NCBI GenBank assembly: GCA_022711495.1 | Contig: JAKLEX010000001.1 | Location: 502,882-554,705 of the forward strand | DNA length: 51,824 bases | Direction of reading: 5' to 3' | Origin: Patescibacteria group bacterium | GTDB lineage: Bacteria; Patescibacteriota; Minisyncoccia; Phycocordibacterales; JAACPR01 | In this document: in pieces, positions 20,993-29,959 of the stretch | How positions within the stretch are numbered: position 1 is the first letter of the stretch | How the letters are laid out: each line of letters starts with the position of its first letter | Notes under the pieces: model-generated | Told to the model about the DNA's origin: nothing | The model's input: the letters and a program-made list of their open reading frames with translations, nothing else | Database searches by the model: none | Program-made: the position numbers and the translations under genes

Positions 20993-22883
20993 GAATTCTT
21001 TTTAGCTCTTTTTTAGGGACTTCTCTTTGTTCGTGAAACGCCTTTTGCGCTCTTTGTGTTTCGGATTTATCAGATGGCGCACCAGACAAATTATTCCTTT
21101 CCTGATTTGCAGGCTTTTTTTCTGACGCTTCGGACTTTTTATCTTCTATTTTGATTTTAACTTCTGTCTTTACCTTGTCTTCTGTTTTTATCTTATCTTC
21201 CGTCTTAGCAACAGCCGGCTCTTTTTTTAACACTGCCGATAGGGCTTCGCGCAAGGCATTTTTATTTTCCTGACTTGATGAATCTCGCGGATTCTTTGGA
21301 ATTTCGCTAAGAGAAAGGCCCGTCTCTACCGGCGGCGCCTGCGGCTTCTGATTAAGAGCTTTTTCCAGTTCAACTTTAGTTTTCTCGTCAATTACTCTGT
21401 TTTGTCTGGGTCGAAAATTATTGTTTTGCTTACTGTCTCTATTGTGTTTACCGTCTCTGGCGGCGTCCAAACCACGATTTTCTCCAAGAGTAAAACTGCG
21501 CTCACCGGTATTGCGCTCGCCGGGACCGCGCTCACTAGAATTGCGCTCGCCAGAACTACGCGGCTTAGCGGCAGCAATCTCTTTTCTTTCATCGGCAACA
21601 GATAAGTTCTTTTTGATCAATTCCTCCACTTGTTCCCGAGGATGAGCGTATGTCTCCCGTGAGGTTTTGATGATCTCATCAACATAACTTTTTTCCGGCT
21701 TTTCAAGAGGCGGGATAGATCGCGCAGAAAACGGATGAGAGCTGATTCCGTTTATCATCAATCTCAAATATATCTGGTAAGCACCAAGATTTACTATATC
21801 TTGAGCTACCAAAGTCGGCGCAAATTCTTTCTCCAAAACTTCGGCATCATAAGAACCAACCCTAAAAGTTATCAGGGTTCCGACGTTACCAAAGACAGCC
21901 GCTCGGACCTCGTCGGTCATCTGTTCTATATACTGGTGAGCGATAGTTAAATTAAGTTTATATTTTCGAGCTTCTGACAAGATATTGGCAAAGGATTCGT
22001 TGGCAAAGGATTGAAATTCGTCAACGTATAAATAAAAATTCGGCAGTTTTTCCAGTTCCCTGTCCGGAATATCGGCGCGCGACAAGGCGGCCAGATAAAT
22101 CTTAGTGATCAGCATACTACCAAGCAAATTGGCATTTTGTTCACCGACCCGGCCCTTGGACAAGTTAATGATGAGAATCTTTTTCTCATCCATGATCTTT
22201 CTCAAATCAAAGGTTGAGTTCGGCTGACCAACGATATTTCTAATCAACGGGTTAGAGGTAAATTGGCCGATTTTGTTTTGAATGGCCGGCGTAGCTTCCG
22301 CGGCAAAACGATCGGTATATTTGGCAAATTCGTTTGTCCAAAATGATTTAACCGACGGGTCTTTAATGTTTTCAACAACTTTGTTGCGAAAATTTTTGTC
22401 GGACAACATGCGATTAACATCAAGCAATGTCGCCTCTGGATATTCAAGGAGCGCCAATAAAGTATTGCCCAAAATATATTCCATTCGAGCCGACCATGCA
22501 TCAACCCAAATCTTTTTGAAAGTACTCATCAGGCCCGAGACAACCAAGTGTCGTTTATCATAACCGACATCTTCCATGACATTAAAAGAAATCGGATATT
22601 CCATATCAAACGGCGCGAAGTATAAAACGTCTTTTATTCTTTCCTCCGGTATATATTCAAGAAGAAGTTCCGCGGTTTTGCCGTGCGGATCAATGAAAGC
22701 AAAGCCATTTCCGTTGCGGATATCCTGCGCGGCCATGTTTTCCAGCAAAGTTGACTTGCCCATACCAGTTTTACCGATGACATAGACGTGGCGAGTTCTG
22801 TCGCCGGCTTTTATACCAAAACGGACGCGACGATTGCGGGCGTCGGTATCGGCGAAATATGTGATCTGGTCCTTATTTTCCAT
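20979..22883 (-). CDS. VirD4/TraD/HerA-like P-loop ATPase with a long low-complexity C-tail
   Basis: Walker A GKTGMGKS, IDPHG, Walker B YLYVDEFQSF, LSEARKY...IAHQY. Confidence 0.85.
   Translation of the reverse strand: MENKDQITYFADTDARNRRVRFGIKAGDRTRHVYVIGKTGMGKSTLLENMAAQDIRNGNGFAFIDPHGKTAELLLEYIPEERIKDVLYFAPFDMEYPISFNVMEDVGYDKRHLVVSGLMSTFKKIWVDAWSARMEYILGNTLLALLEYPEATLLDVNRMLSDKNFRNKVVENIKDPSVKSFWTNEFAKYTDRFAAEATPAIQNKIGQFTSNPLIRNIVGQPNSTFDLRKIMDEKKILIINLSKGRVGEQNANLLGSMLITKIYLAALSRADIPDRELEKLPNFYLYVDEFQSFANESFANILSEARKYKLNLTIAHQYIEQMTDEVRAAVFGNVGTLITFRVGSYDAEVLEKEFAPTLVAQDIVNLGAYQIYLRLMINGISSHPFSARSIPPLEKPEKSYVDEIIKTSRETYAHPREQVEELIKKNLSVADERKEIAAAKPRSSGERNSSERGPGERNTGERSFTLGENRGLDAARDGKHNRDSKQNNNFRPRQNRVIDEKTKVELEKALNQKPQAPPVETGLSLSEIPKNPRDSSSQENKNALREALSAVLKKEPAVAKTEDKIKTEDKVKTEVKIKIEDKKSEASEKKPANQERNNLSGAPSDKSETQRAQKAFHEQREVPKKELKRILGIE
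21498..21557. repeat. 4 x 15-bp degenerate tandem repeat encoding (G/S)ER-xx pentapeptides
   Basis: gcgctcaccggtatt / gcgctcgccgggacc / gcgctcactagaatt / gcgctcgccagaact. Confidence 0.8.
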
Positions 22884-22964
22884 GTTAAAAACTTCCGCTT
22901 AATTATAACAAAAACCCGGCGGCGAGACATTATAAGAGCATTGTCTAGGCGACAACAGTAAAAC

Positions 22965-24263
22965 TTATTCCAAAATCAGATAAACGTCTCCGGCTCCTAG
23001 AGTCAAGATAAGGCGGTCTTTCTCTATTTCAGCCAACTTTTTCCGGGCGGTATCAAAATTTTCCAAGACTTCGGCACCCGGAACACGTCCCGCGATTTTC
23101 TCTGACGAAATTGACGGATCGTTTGGTTCGCGAGCGGCGTAGATCGGTAATAGATAGACTTTGTCAAATTTCTTGAGAACAGCGACAAATCCACCAAAAA
23201 GAGTTTTTGTTCTGGAATATAAGTGCGGCTGGAAAAAAACCACGATTTTTTTGCCAGGATATTTTTGCCTTAGGGCCTCCAGGGAAGCGGTTATCTCCGT
23301 TGGATGATGCCCATAATCGTCATAGATAATCGCTCCACGCTTATTTTTCCCGCGGGGTTCCAGGCGACGCCAAGTCCCGCAAAAATTAGCCAAGCCACGT
23401 TGAGCTTTTTTGAGATCGACTTTCAAGATTTTTGCCACCGCCAAAGCGCAGGCGGCATTTCTTCTGTTGTGTTCGCCGGGGACTTTCAGTTCTGGCACGG
23501 CCGACAAAAAATCCCGCGTATTTAGACACTTCTTTTCGTATTTTTTGACAATTTCTTCAACGTTTGCGTCATTGAAATCGCAGACGATTTTCCCGCGCGC
23601 CGGAACTTTGTCGGCCATTTCCATGAAAGCTCCCTTTATGTCAGCCAGATCTCGGTAAAAATCAAGGTGGTCTTCCTCAATGTTGGTAATAACCAAGATG
23701 GACGGCTTGAGATTTAAAAAGGATTTTTTGTATTCACAGGCTTCAGTCAAGAATATCTTTTTACTTTCTCCTTCTCCCGGCAAAAAATTAGTTTCATCCC
23801 CTGACAATAAACTGCCAACAATTACGTTAGGTTTGATGCCAGCGGCGCGCAAAGCTGAATTTATCATGGCGGTTGTCGTCGTCTTTCCGTGTGTTCCAGA
23901 AACCGCAATAGTTTTTGAATCGCCAGACACCAGACCCAACATGCCAGCGTAGGTAAAAACCGACAAATTTTTCTCTCCGGCTTTTAAAAGTTCAGGGTTG
24001 TCGCTGGAAATTGCTAGCGTATAGACGACACAATCAACATCGTCGGCCAGATTCTTTTCTGAGTGTCCGATAGAAACAGCGATTCCTTCTTTATTGAGCG
24101 ACTTAGTTATAGCGGATTGAGATACATCAGAACCAGTAACAATTTTATCTCTTGATTTCATCAGGCGCGCCAAAGCCGACATGCCGATTCCGCCGATACC
24201 AATAAAATGAACCCGGGAATAATCGGCCAAGGATTTTTTTCTTTTAGACTTTCCAGATTTCAA
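22965..24263 (-). CDS. murC: UDP-N-acetylmuramate--L-alanine ligase
   Basis: HFIGIGGIGMSALA, SGTHGKTTTT, DDYGHHPTEI, FQPHLYSRT. Confidence 0.96.
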   Translation of the reverse strand: MKSGKSKRKKSLADYSRVHFIGIGGIGMSALARLMKSRDKIVTGSDVSQSAITKSLNKEGIAVSIGHSEKNLADDVDCVVYTLAISSDNPELLKAGEKNLSVFTYAGMLGLVSGDSKTIAVSGTHGKTTTTAMINSALRAAGIKPNVIVGSLLSGDETNFLPGEGESKKIFLTEACEYKKSFLNLKPSILVITNIEEDHLDFYRDLADIKGAFMEMADKVPARGKIVCDFNDANVEEIVKKYEKKCLNTRDFLSAVPELKVPGEHNRRNAACALAVAKILKVDLKKAQRGLANFCGTWRRLEPRGKNKRGAIIYDDYGHHPTEITASLEALRQKYPGKKIVVFFQPHLYSRTKTLFGGFVAVLKKFDKVYLLPIYAAREPNDPSISSEKIAGRVPGAEVLENFDTARKKLAEIEKDRLILTLGAGDVYLILE

Positions 24264-24267
24264 ATAA

Positions 24268-25536
24268 TTATGTTCCGCTCTGTTTATCGGCGGCCGGCTG
24301 ATCGTCCTCTATGGCTCCGCGAGTATATCTGTTGCTTGGACTCCACAACATCCACGAACCCAATCCAACATCATAGACGGCTTGAATTTGAGCTTTAACT
24401 TCGACAACATCATAATTTCCACCATAATCAAAATCTTGTATCCACGGACGCAATTGTTCGGCAGAAACATGTTGACGAACTAGTTCTGGCGTGGAAGTCG
24501 CTGTATCAAAAACCGCGACTCTGTCCACGGCAGAGCTCATGACAAAATTAATAAGTTCATAAGGATATTTATTTGGGTCGGTCCAGCCGTTGAAACGCGC
24601 CGGATAATGAGACGGATAAACCATCGGTGCGACAAAATCAAAATAAGGCAAAGTTCTCTCTAAAACTTGGCCGATATTCAAGTCGTCGGTGTTGGTCGTA
24701 ACCATCCCAAACAAATCCGCCGAAGTAATCATCGGGAAATCCTTTCCTTTATTATATTTAGATATTTCTTCCGACAAATATCTGAAGAAATTTTCCAGAG
24801 CCAGTTGTTTGCCCAGAACTGGTTCTCTGACTAAAAGATCATTGCTGAACGGAAAGAAGACGTCTTTCATGTTTCCATCAGAAGGAAATCTGATGTAATC
24901 AAAGTTCAACTCGTCAAAACCTTGATCGTGAGCCTCTTTAGCAATGGTTAAAATATAATCCCAGTATTCCTCGGCACTAACGTCAATAAAACTTATGCCC
25001 TTATAATCCTTCCAGAGTGAGCGATCACTGGCTTTTTGAACGGCTAAATCTGGACGGCGCTTCGCAAAGAAAGGATCTTGGAAAACAGTTATTCGGCCAA
25101 TGACATAAATATTTTTACTGTGGAGAAGCTCAATAAAACTGAACATGTCCGTCGCCCGGCAGCCAGTAGCGCTAACTCCGACCAAATCCGGATTATTACT
25201 CTCAAAAGAGATCGTGCCGCTGAAATCCTTGATATCAATAACTATGGAATTAATCTCTGTCTCCTCAATCAAGGAAACTAGATCTTCCCTGAAGGTCGGC
25301 GTGCTGGCGACACAAGCAGTCATATAAACGGCCTTGACCGGCTTCGGGGTTCCTATATGTTTTATGACCGGTGCTGACTCGCCCAAATTTTTGCCGGCTC
25401 CAACGGCGGAATTACCATCAATCTGGTAATTTATCGCCAACATTTCAGGTGCGATAAAAAACAAGACGATCGTCGCCGCCAAAAACAGCGCCCCGACGAT
25501 AAATACAAATATTTTATTGAACTTCTTTTGGTTCAT
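24268..25536 (-). CDS. Membrane-anchored putative glycoside hydrolase (DUF4015-like)
   Basis: N-terminal TM; VIDIKD, FDELNFDYIRFP, PMVYPSHY, RPWIQDF motifs. Confidence 0.8.
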   Translation of the reverse strand: MNQKKFNKIFVFIVGALFLAATIVLFFIAPEMLAINYQIDGNSAVGAGKNLGESAPVIKHIGTPKPVKAVYMTACVASTPTFREDLVSLIEETEINSIVIDIKDFSGTISFESNNPDLVGVSATGCRATDMFSFIELLHSKNIYVIGRITVFQDPFFAKRRPDLAVQKASDRSLWKDYKGISFIDVSAEEYWDYILTIAKEAHDQGFDELNFDYIRFPSDGNMKDVFFPFSNDLLVREPVLGKQLALENFFRYLSEEISKYNKGKDFPMITSADLFGMVTTNTDDLNIGQVLERTLPYFDFVAPMVYPSHYPARFNGWTDPNKYPYELINFVMSSAVDRVAVFDTATSTPELVRQHVSAEQLRPWIQDFDYGGNYDVVEVKAQIQAVYDVGLGSWMLWSPSNRYTRGAIEDDQPAADKQSGT

Positions 25537-25954
25537 TTGCTGATTCGTCCGTCGAGTTCGCCGACTCCGCTGATTGTTCAGAGAGTTCGGCTGATTCGGC
25601 GACTTCCTCTTCAGACTCTTTCACCTCTTTCATCGTGTTGTCCTCTTCGGCAGGGATTTCCGGTGATATTTCTTCAACATCAGGTGCCGGTTCCTCCGCT
25701 AAAAAATCAACGCTGACCGAGGCGTCCGGAGTAATTTTTTCCGGCTGATGCTCAACAAAAATATTTTGATCAACATCTGGTTTGTCCGAAAGCCTCTTCT
25801 CTTTCAAGATTCTAAATTTTTCATGAAGGCCGATGGCAATCAACAGAACGGCCAGAATTATATTTATAAAAACCTTGAGGCCAGATGGAATACCCCAAAA
25901 TTGATTGATAACTAACAATATACCAACAAAGAAAATTATTTTATAAGTCTTCAT
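25514..25954 (-). CDS. Small 2-TM membrane protein with acidic disordered tail
   Basis: Hydrophobic hairpin around WGIPSGLK followed by an E/S/A-rich tail; extended -10 lies 9 nt upstream of ATG. Confidence 0.7.
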   Translation of the reverse strand: MKTYKIIFFVGILLVINQFWGIPSGLKVFINIILAVLLIAIGLHEKFRILKEKRLSDKPDVDQNIFVEHQPEKITPDASVSVDFLAEEPAPDVEEISPEIPAEEDNTMKEVKESEEEVAESAELSEQSAESANSTDESANEPKEVQ

Positions 25955-25992
25955 ATTCGACTGATTATAACAAAAAGACGATTTAAAAAAAG

Positions 25993-26682
25993 TCAGTGAA
26001 CGATGACGACAAATTCGCCGCGGATTTTTTCCGGAGAGCTCTTTAGTTTTTCCGCCAATTCGGAAGCCGAGCCAATCAAGACTTCCTCAAAAATTTTTGT
26101 CACTTCTCTGACGATTATGACTTCTCTTTTGGGCTCAAATTCCGCCAATGAGTTCAATGCTTTCAAAATCCGGTGCGGTGATTCAAAAAAGATAAAGGCC
26201 GCGCCTTCACTTAAATTCCTGAACATTTCTCGAAAAAACGTTTGTCGTCCTTTCTTATGAGGAGAAAAACCGGCAAAGTAAAAGCCTGATCCGGCTAGCC
26301 CAGCGACGGAGATGGCCGCCGTCAAAGAGCTCGGGCCTGGAACAGAATGAATCTTCACCTCCGGCAACTCTTGTCTGATTCGTCTGACCAGTTTCCCGCC
26401 GGGATCGGAGACGGCTGGTGTTCCAGCATCAGTAACCAAAGCCAAGTTCTTTCCTTCAGCCAACATCTTAAAAATATTTTGATAGACCGATTCCGGACTA
26501 TGCTCGTGAAAACTTAAAATTTTGGTTCTTATATTGAGATAATTTAAAAGTTTTCTGGTCACCCGAGAATCTTCAGCTAGAATTAGATCAACTTCACCGA
26601 GAAGGCGGACGGCCCTAAAAGTGACATCCTCCAAATTCCCAATTGGAGTCGCGACGATATATAGATTAGACATTAAGCCCAT
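25993..26682 (-). CDS. rsmI: 16S rRNA C1402 2'-O-methyltransferase
   Basis: LYIVATPIGNLED, AEDSR, DAGTPAVSDPG, FESPHR, RGEFV. Confidence 0.95.
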   Translation of the reverse strand: MGLMSNLYIVATPIGNLEDVTFRAVRLLGEVDLILAEDSRVTRKLLNYLNIRTKILSFHEHSPESVYQNIFKMLAEGKNLALVTDAGTPAVSDPGGKLVRRIRQELPEVKIHSVPGPSSLTAAISVAGLAGSGFYFAGFSPHKKGRQTFFREMFRNLSEGAAFIFFESPHRILKALNSLAEFEPKREVIIVREVTKIFEEVLIGSASELAEKLKSSPEKIRGEFVVIVH

Positions 26683-26704
26683 AATAATGGCTTTATAAAT
26701 GAAG

Positions 26705-28222
26705 TCAAATTCCGCGGAGAATTTTTATGTCCGCGCCAAGAGCATTTAGTCGGCTGGCAATTTCTTCATATCCGCGGCGAATGGAATAAACGTTTCTCAA
26801 AATGGATTTACCGGGAATAGCGATCATGGCCATAAGAATAATTGTCGCTGGGCGAAGCGCCGGAGGACAAACAATTTGGCCAGGCCTCAAATCGGTCGGC
26901 CCGGTAATATAAACCCTATGCGGATCAGCCAGATTCATATTGAATCCCAATTTTGACAGTTCCATAAAATAAATCGCCCGATTCTCCCACATCCAATCAT
27001 GAATAAGGGTCGTGCCCTTGGCAAAACCGGCGATCGTGGCGAAAAAGGGCAAATTATCCGTGTTGATACCCGGGTAAGGTTGCGCGTGGATTTTATCCTC
27101 CAGGGCCGTCAGTTCCGATGGTTCAACTTTTATGTCAACCAGATTCGTTTCTCCGTTTTTCGATTTATAGATGCGGCTCTTTTTATATTTCAATCCCATC
27201 TTCTCCAATTTAAGCAACTCCAACGATAGAAAATCTATCGGGCACCTTTTTATATTAAGTTTGGATTTTGTCACAATCGCCGCCGTCAGCCACATCATCG
27301 TCTCTGTCGGGTCTTCGCTGACGTGGTGATGAACCGAAGTGTTTATGTCCGCCTTTCCTCTGATGACCAGGGTCGTCGTGCCGATACCCTCAATTTGAAC
27401 CCCAAGTTTTTTCAAAAAGAAACAGGTGTCCTGGACTTGATAATTGGCCGAAGCGAATCTCACGATTGTCTCTCCGGGAATCCTGGCCGCGGCAAGCAGA
27501 ACGTTTATGGTCGCGCTATCGCTCATCTCGTATAAAACGATGTCGGCTGAAACAAGTTTAGAGCGCGAAACCTGATAGTGGTCAGAACTTGTTTTTATTT
27601 TCACGCCAAGTTTCTCCAAACCATACTGATGCGCCGCAATCGTTCTCGCTCCCATTTTGCAACCACCGGCATTTGGTAATTTGAAAGCTTTTTCATAATG
27701 TAAAAGCGGACCAATCAAATAAAGGCTGGATCGAATTTTTTTGGCCGATTCATCAAATAACTTGCTAAGTATAAACTTTTTAGGCGGACAAATCTCCAGA
27801 CCGTGACCCTTTAAGCGCCTGATTGAGACACCAATGGCCGTCAGAAGTTCTATGACGCGATTTATTTCTTCTATTTGCGGAACGTCGTGGATGACGCTGG
27901 TGCCGCGATTCAAAAGCGAAGCAAAAATAAGAGCCAACGCGCCATTTTTTGAAGTATTGGTACAGACAGTTCCTCTTAATTTTTTGCCGCCATTAATTTC
28001 AAAATCCATGGAGTCGGAAATCTCTATGATCTGCCGATTCAAAACCCGGCTGATTCTTGAAAGTTCTTTGGTGGTGAAATTTTGTTTACCGTTTTCCATC
28101 CGAGCGATGGCACTTTGGGAGGTCTTTAATATTTTGGCGAATTCACCCTGCGTAAGAGTTTTGCGTTTTCTCAAATCTTTGATAAAGTTTCCAATTCTTT
28201 TTTGATCACCCATTTTTGACAT
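26705..28222 (-). CDS. murA: XRE-type HTH fused to UDP-GlcNAc 1-carboxyvinyltransferase
   Basis: About 70 N-terminal aa IKDLRKRKTLTQGEFAKILKTSQSAIARMENGKQN; then SKN, GGCKMGAR (catalytic Cys) and YPGINTD. Confidence 0.9.
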   Translation of the reverse strand: MSKMGDQKRIGNFIKDLRKRKTLTQGEFAKILKTSQSAIARMENGKQNFTTKELSRISRVLNRQIIEISDSMDFEINGGKKLRGTVCTNTSKNGALALIFASLLNRGTSVIHDVPQIEEINRVIELLTAIGVSIRRLKGHGLEICPPKKFILSKLFDESAKKIRSSLYLIGPLLHYEKAFKLPNAGGCKMGARTIAAHQYGLEKLGVKIKTSSDHYQVSRSKLVSADIVLYEMSDSATINVLLAAARIPGETIVRFASANYQVQDTCFFLKKLGVQIEGIGTTTLVIRGKADINTSVHHHVSEDPTETMMWLTAAIVTKSKLNIKRCPIDFLSLELLKLEKMGLKYKKSRIYKSKNGETNLVDIKVEPSELTALEDKIHAQPYPGINTDNLPFFATIAGFAKGTTLIHDWMWENRAIYFMELSKLGFNMNLADPHRVYITGPTDLRPGQIVCPPALRPATIILMAMIAIPGKSILRNVYSIRRGYEEIASRLNALGADIKILRGI

Positions 28223-28223
28223 G

Positions 28224-28255
28224 TTTCTATTATATCACAGATGATATAATAGAAA
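28224..28255. promoter_or_regulatory. Perfect 14-bp inverted repeat (candidate operator / bidirectional promoter) between murA and murB
   Basis: TTTCTATTATATCA-caga-TGATATAATAGAAA; each arm carries a TGA-TATAAT extended -10 pointing outward. Confidence 0.75.
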
Positions 28256-28289
28256 TGTCGGAGCGGTAGTGTTACTATAATTGAAACCC

Positions 28290-29309
28290 ATGAAAATATT
28301 AGAAAACTACGATCTCAAGTCTCTTTCTTACCTGAAAATCGGCGGGGTGGCGCGTTACTTTGTTGAGATTGAAAAAATAGAAGAATGGCAAAAAATAATT
28401 GAAATTCGCGACAAAGAACGTCTGCCGATCATTATGGTCGGCGAGGGATCCAACACCGTTTTCAACGACGGATTTCACAATAAGATTTTCGTCAAAATCG
28501 GCTCGGATGAAATCTTAAAAGTCTACGAAGACAGAGACGGAGTTAATATCAATGTCGCCGGCGGCACTAACTGGGATAAATTGGTTGAATGGGCGGTAAA
28601 ACACAAATTTTCCGGATTGGAATTATTGTCAGGCATTCCCGGAACGGTCGGCGCTGCGCCGGTTCAAAATATCAGCGCTTATGGGGGAAGCCTTTTTGAC
28701 ACCTTAACTCACATAAAAGTTTTTGATCTTAAGACAGAGGAACTATATGAATTAAACAATCAAGAATGCGAGTTCGGTTATAGAAATAGCTTGGTGAAGA
28801 AAAATCCCGGAAGGTTCGCAATCATCAGTGTTTCTTTCAGATTAAGTAAGGATAAGCCGGCTTTACCAAGATACAAAGATTTGGCCTTATATTTTCTTAA
28901 AAAGAGAAATAAAACGCCAACGATCAGAGAAATCCGGCAGGCCGTACTTGATGTCAGAAAAGAAAAACTGCCAGACCCGAGGACAGAGCCGAACTGCGGT
29001 TCCTTCTTCTTAAATCCTATTGTTGATATAGAGACCGCCAAATCACTGGCTAAAAAATTTGGGGATATGCCACAATTCCCTATTTCATTAGGAGAGATAA
29101 AGCTATCGGGCGGTTGGCTAATAGAAAAGTCAGGGTTCAAAGGAAAAGATTTTGGTAATCTGAAAGTTTCGCCAAAAAACGCGCTTATAATTATAGGCAA
29201 CGGTCGGGCGACTTTTGAAGATTTAGTTTCTCTTAAAAAAAGAATCATTGATGGCGTTGAAAAAAATTTTCACGTCAGACTTGCGCCAGAAGTTGGTTTC
29301 GTGGAGTAA
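28290..29309 (+). CDS. murB: UDP-N-acetylmuramate dehydrogenase
   Basis: GEGSN, GIPGTVGAAPVQNISAYG, FGYRNS, NCGSFF, RLAPEV. ATG 28290 lies 8 nt after TATAAT. Confidence 0.95.
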   Translation: MKILENYDLKSLSYLKIGGVARYFVEIEKIEEWQKIIEIRDKERLPIIMVGEGSNTVFNDGFHNKIFVKIGSDEILKVYEDRDGVNINVAGGTNWDKLVEWAVKHKFSGLELLSGIPGTVGAAPVQNISAYGGSLFDTLTHIKVFDLKTEELYELNNQECEFGYRNSLVKKNPGRFAIISVSFRLSKDKPALPRYKDLALYFLKKRNKTPTIREIRQAVLDVRKEKLPDPRTEPNCGSFFLNPIVDIETAKSLAKKFGDMPQFPISLGEIKLSGGWLIEKSGFKGKDFGNLKVSPKNALIIIGNGRATFEDLVSLKKRIIDGVEKNFHVRLAPEVGFVE

Positions 29310-29379
29310 GCCAACAACGGCCGATCTGTCTCGCTGACAAACAAAATCGCCCAACACTTCGCGTCGGGTTCTTTGTTTG

Positions 29380-29456
29380 TGGTGCGCGATCCAGGAGTTG
29401 AACCTGGGGCCTCGTCATTATCAGTGACGCGCTCTAACCACCTGAGCTAATCGCGC
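29380..29456 (-). tRNA. tRNA-Ile(GAU), CCA encoded
   Basis: GCGCGAU/AUCGCGC acceptor stem, CGUCA-CU-GAU-AA-UGACG anticodon arm, GGUUCAAC T-loop. Confidence 0.96.
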
Positions 29457-29507
29457 AAAATGTTTTTGACGTGCATTTAAAGTTATCAAAAAAATAGAAA
29501 AAAAGAA

Positions 29508-29536
29508 AGCGCCCGGGAGTAAAACTCCAGGGCGCT
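29508..29536 (-). terminator. Intrinsic terminator of the orphan peptide gene
   Basis: AGCGCCC..GGAGT-aaa-ACTCC..GGGCGCT followed on the minus strand by a T-tract. Confidence 0.7.
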
Positions 29537-29550
29537 CAGAATGGCCATCG

Positions 29551-29781
29551 TCAGCTTTTACCCATCAGGACACCTGCCCAGTGCATAGCCGCCAGCGGCC
29601 AGTGCCACCACCAGTTGGGCGGCCCATCGTAGTGGCCGAACGCCACCAGGGCGCTAAAATACACACAGGCCATCACATACGGACCCAGGAGACACGGCGC
29701 AATCACCGCGACCTCCTTGAGAAAGGTATACCAGCTGACTCCATAACGGCCGTAAGACCAAGCATTCAATGCGTCTTTCAT
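29551..29781 (-). CDS. 76-aa Trp-rich hydrophobic orphan peptide
   Basis: Own promoter TTGACT(29829-29824)-N17-TATCAT(29806-29801), GGAGGT 6 nt upstream of ATG, and a terminator. About 60% GC (109/180 counted over 29581-29760). Confidence 0.65.
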   Translation of the reverse strand: MKDALNAWSYGRYGVSWYTFLKEVAVIAPCLLGPYVMACVYFSALVAFGHYDGPPNWWWHWPLAAMHWAGVLMGKS

Positions 29782-29890
29782 TTGCGCACCTCCACCTCTT
29801 ATGATATCATATTAGAGCGCAGAAGTCAAGCTAACTTTACAGCCAAAAACAGCAAAAATATCCGGCCAATAGGACAGCCCCAAATACTCC

Positions 29891-29919
29891 TTGACAAAAC
29901 GACCGGAATATAGTATCAT
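29891..29919 (+). promoter_or_regulatory. sigma70 promoter for the PKD protein gene
   Basis: TTGACA-N17-TATCAT. Confidence 0.7.
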
Positions 29920-29959
29920 ATGGGGTGTAGAAGTCATAATTAGTTTATTAGAAAACAAT

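Noticed and set aside
20979-22883. Integrated conjugative element
   Set aside because: No relaxase, VirB4, integrase or att repeats; flanking genes are cell-envelope housekeeping genes.
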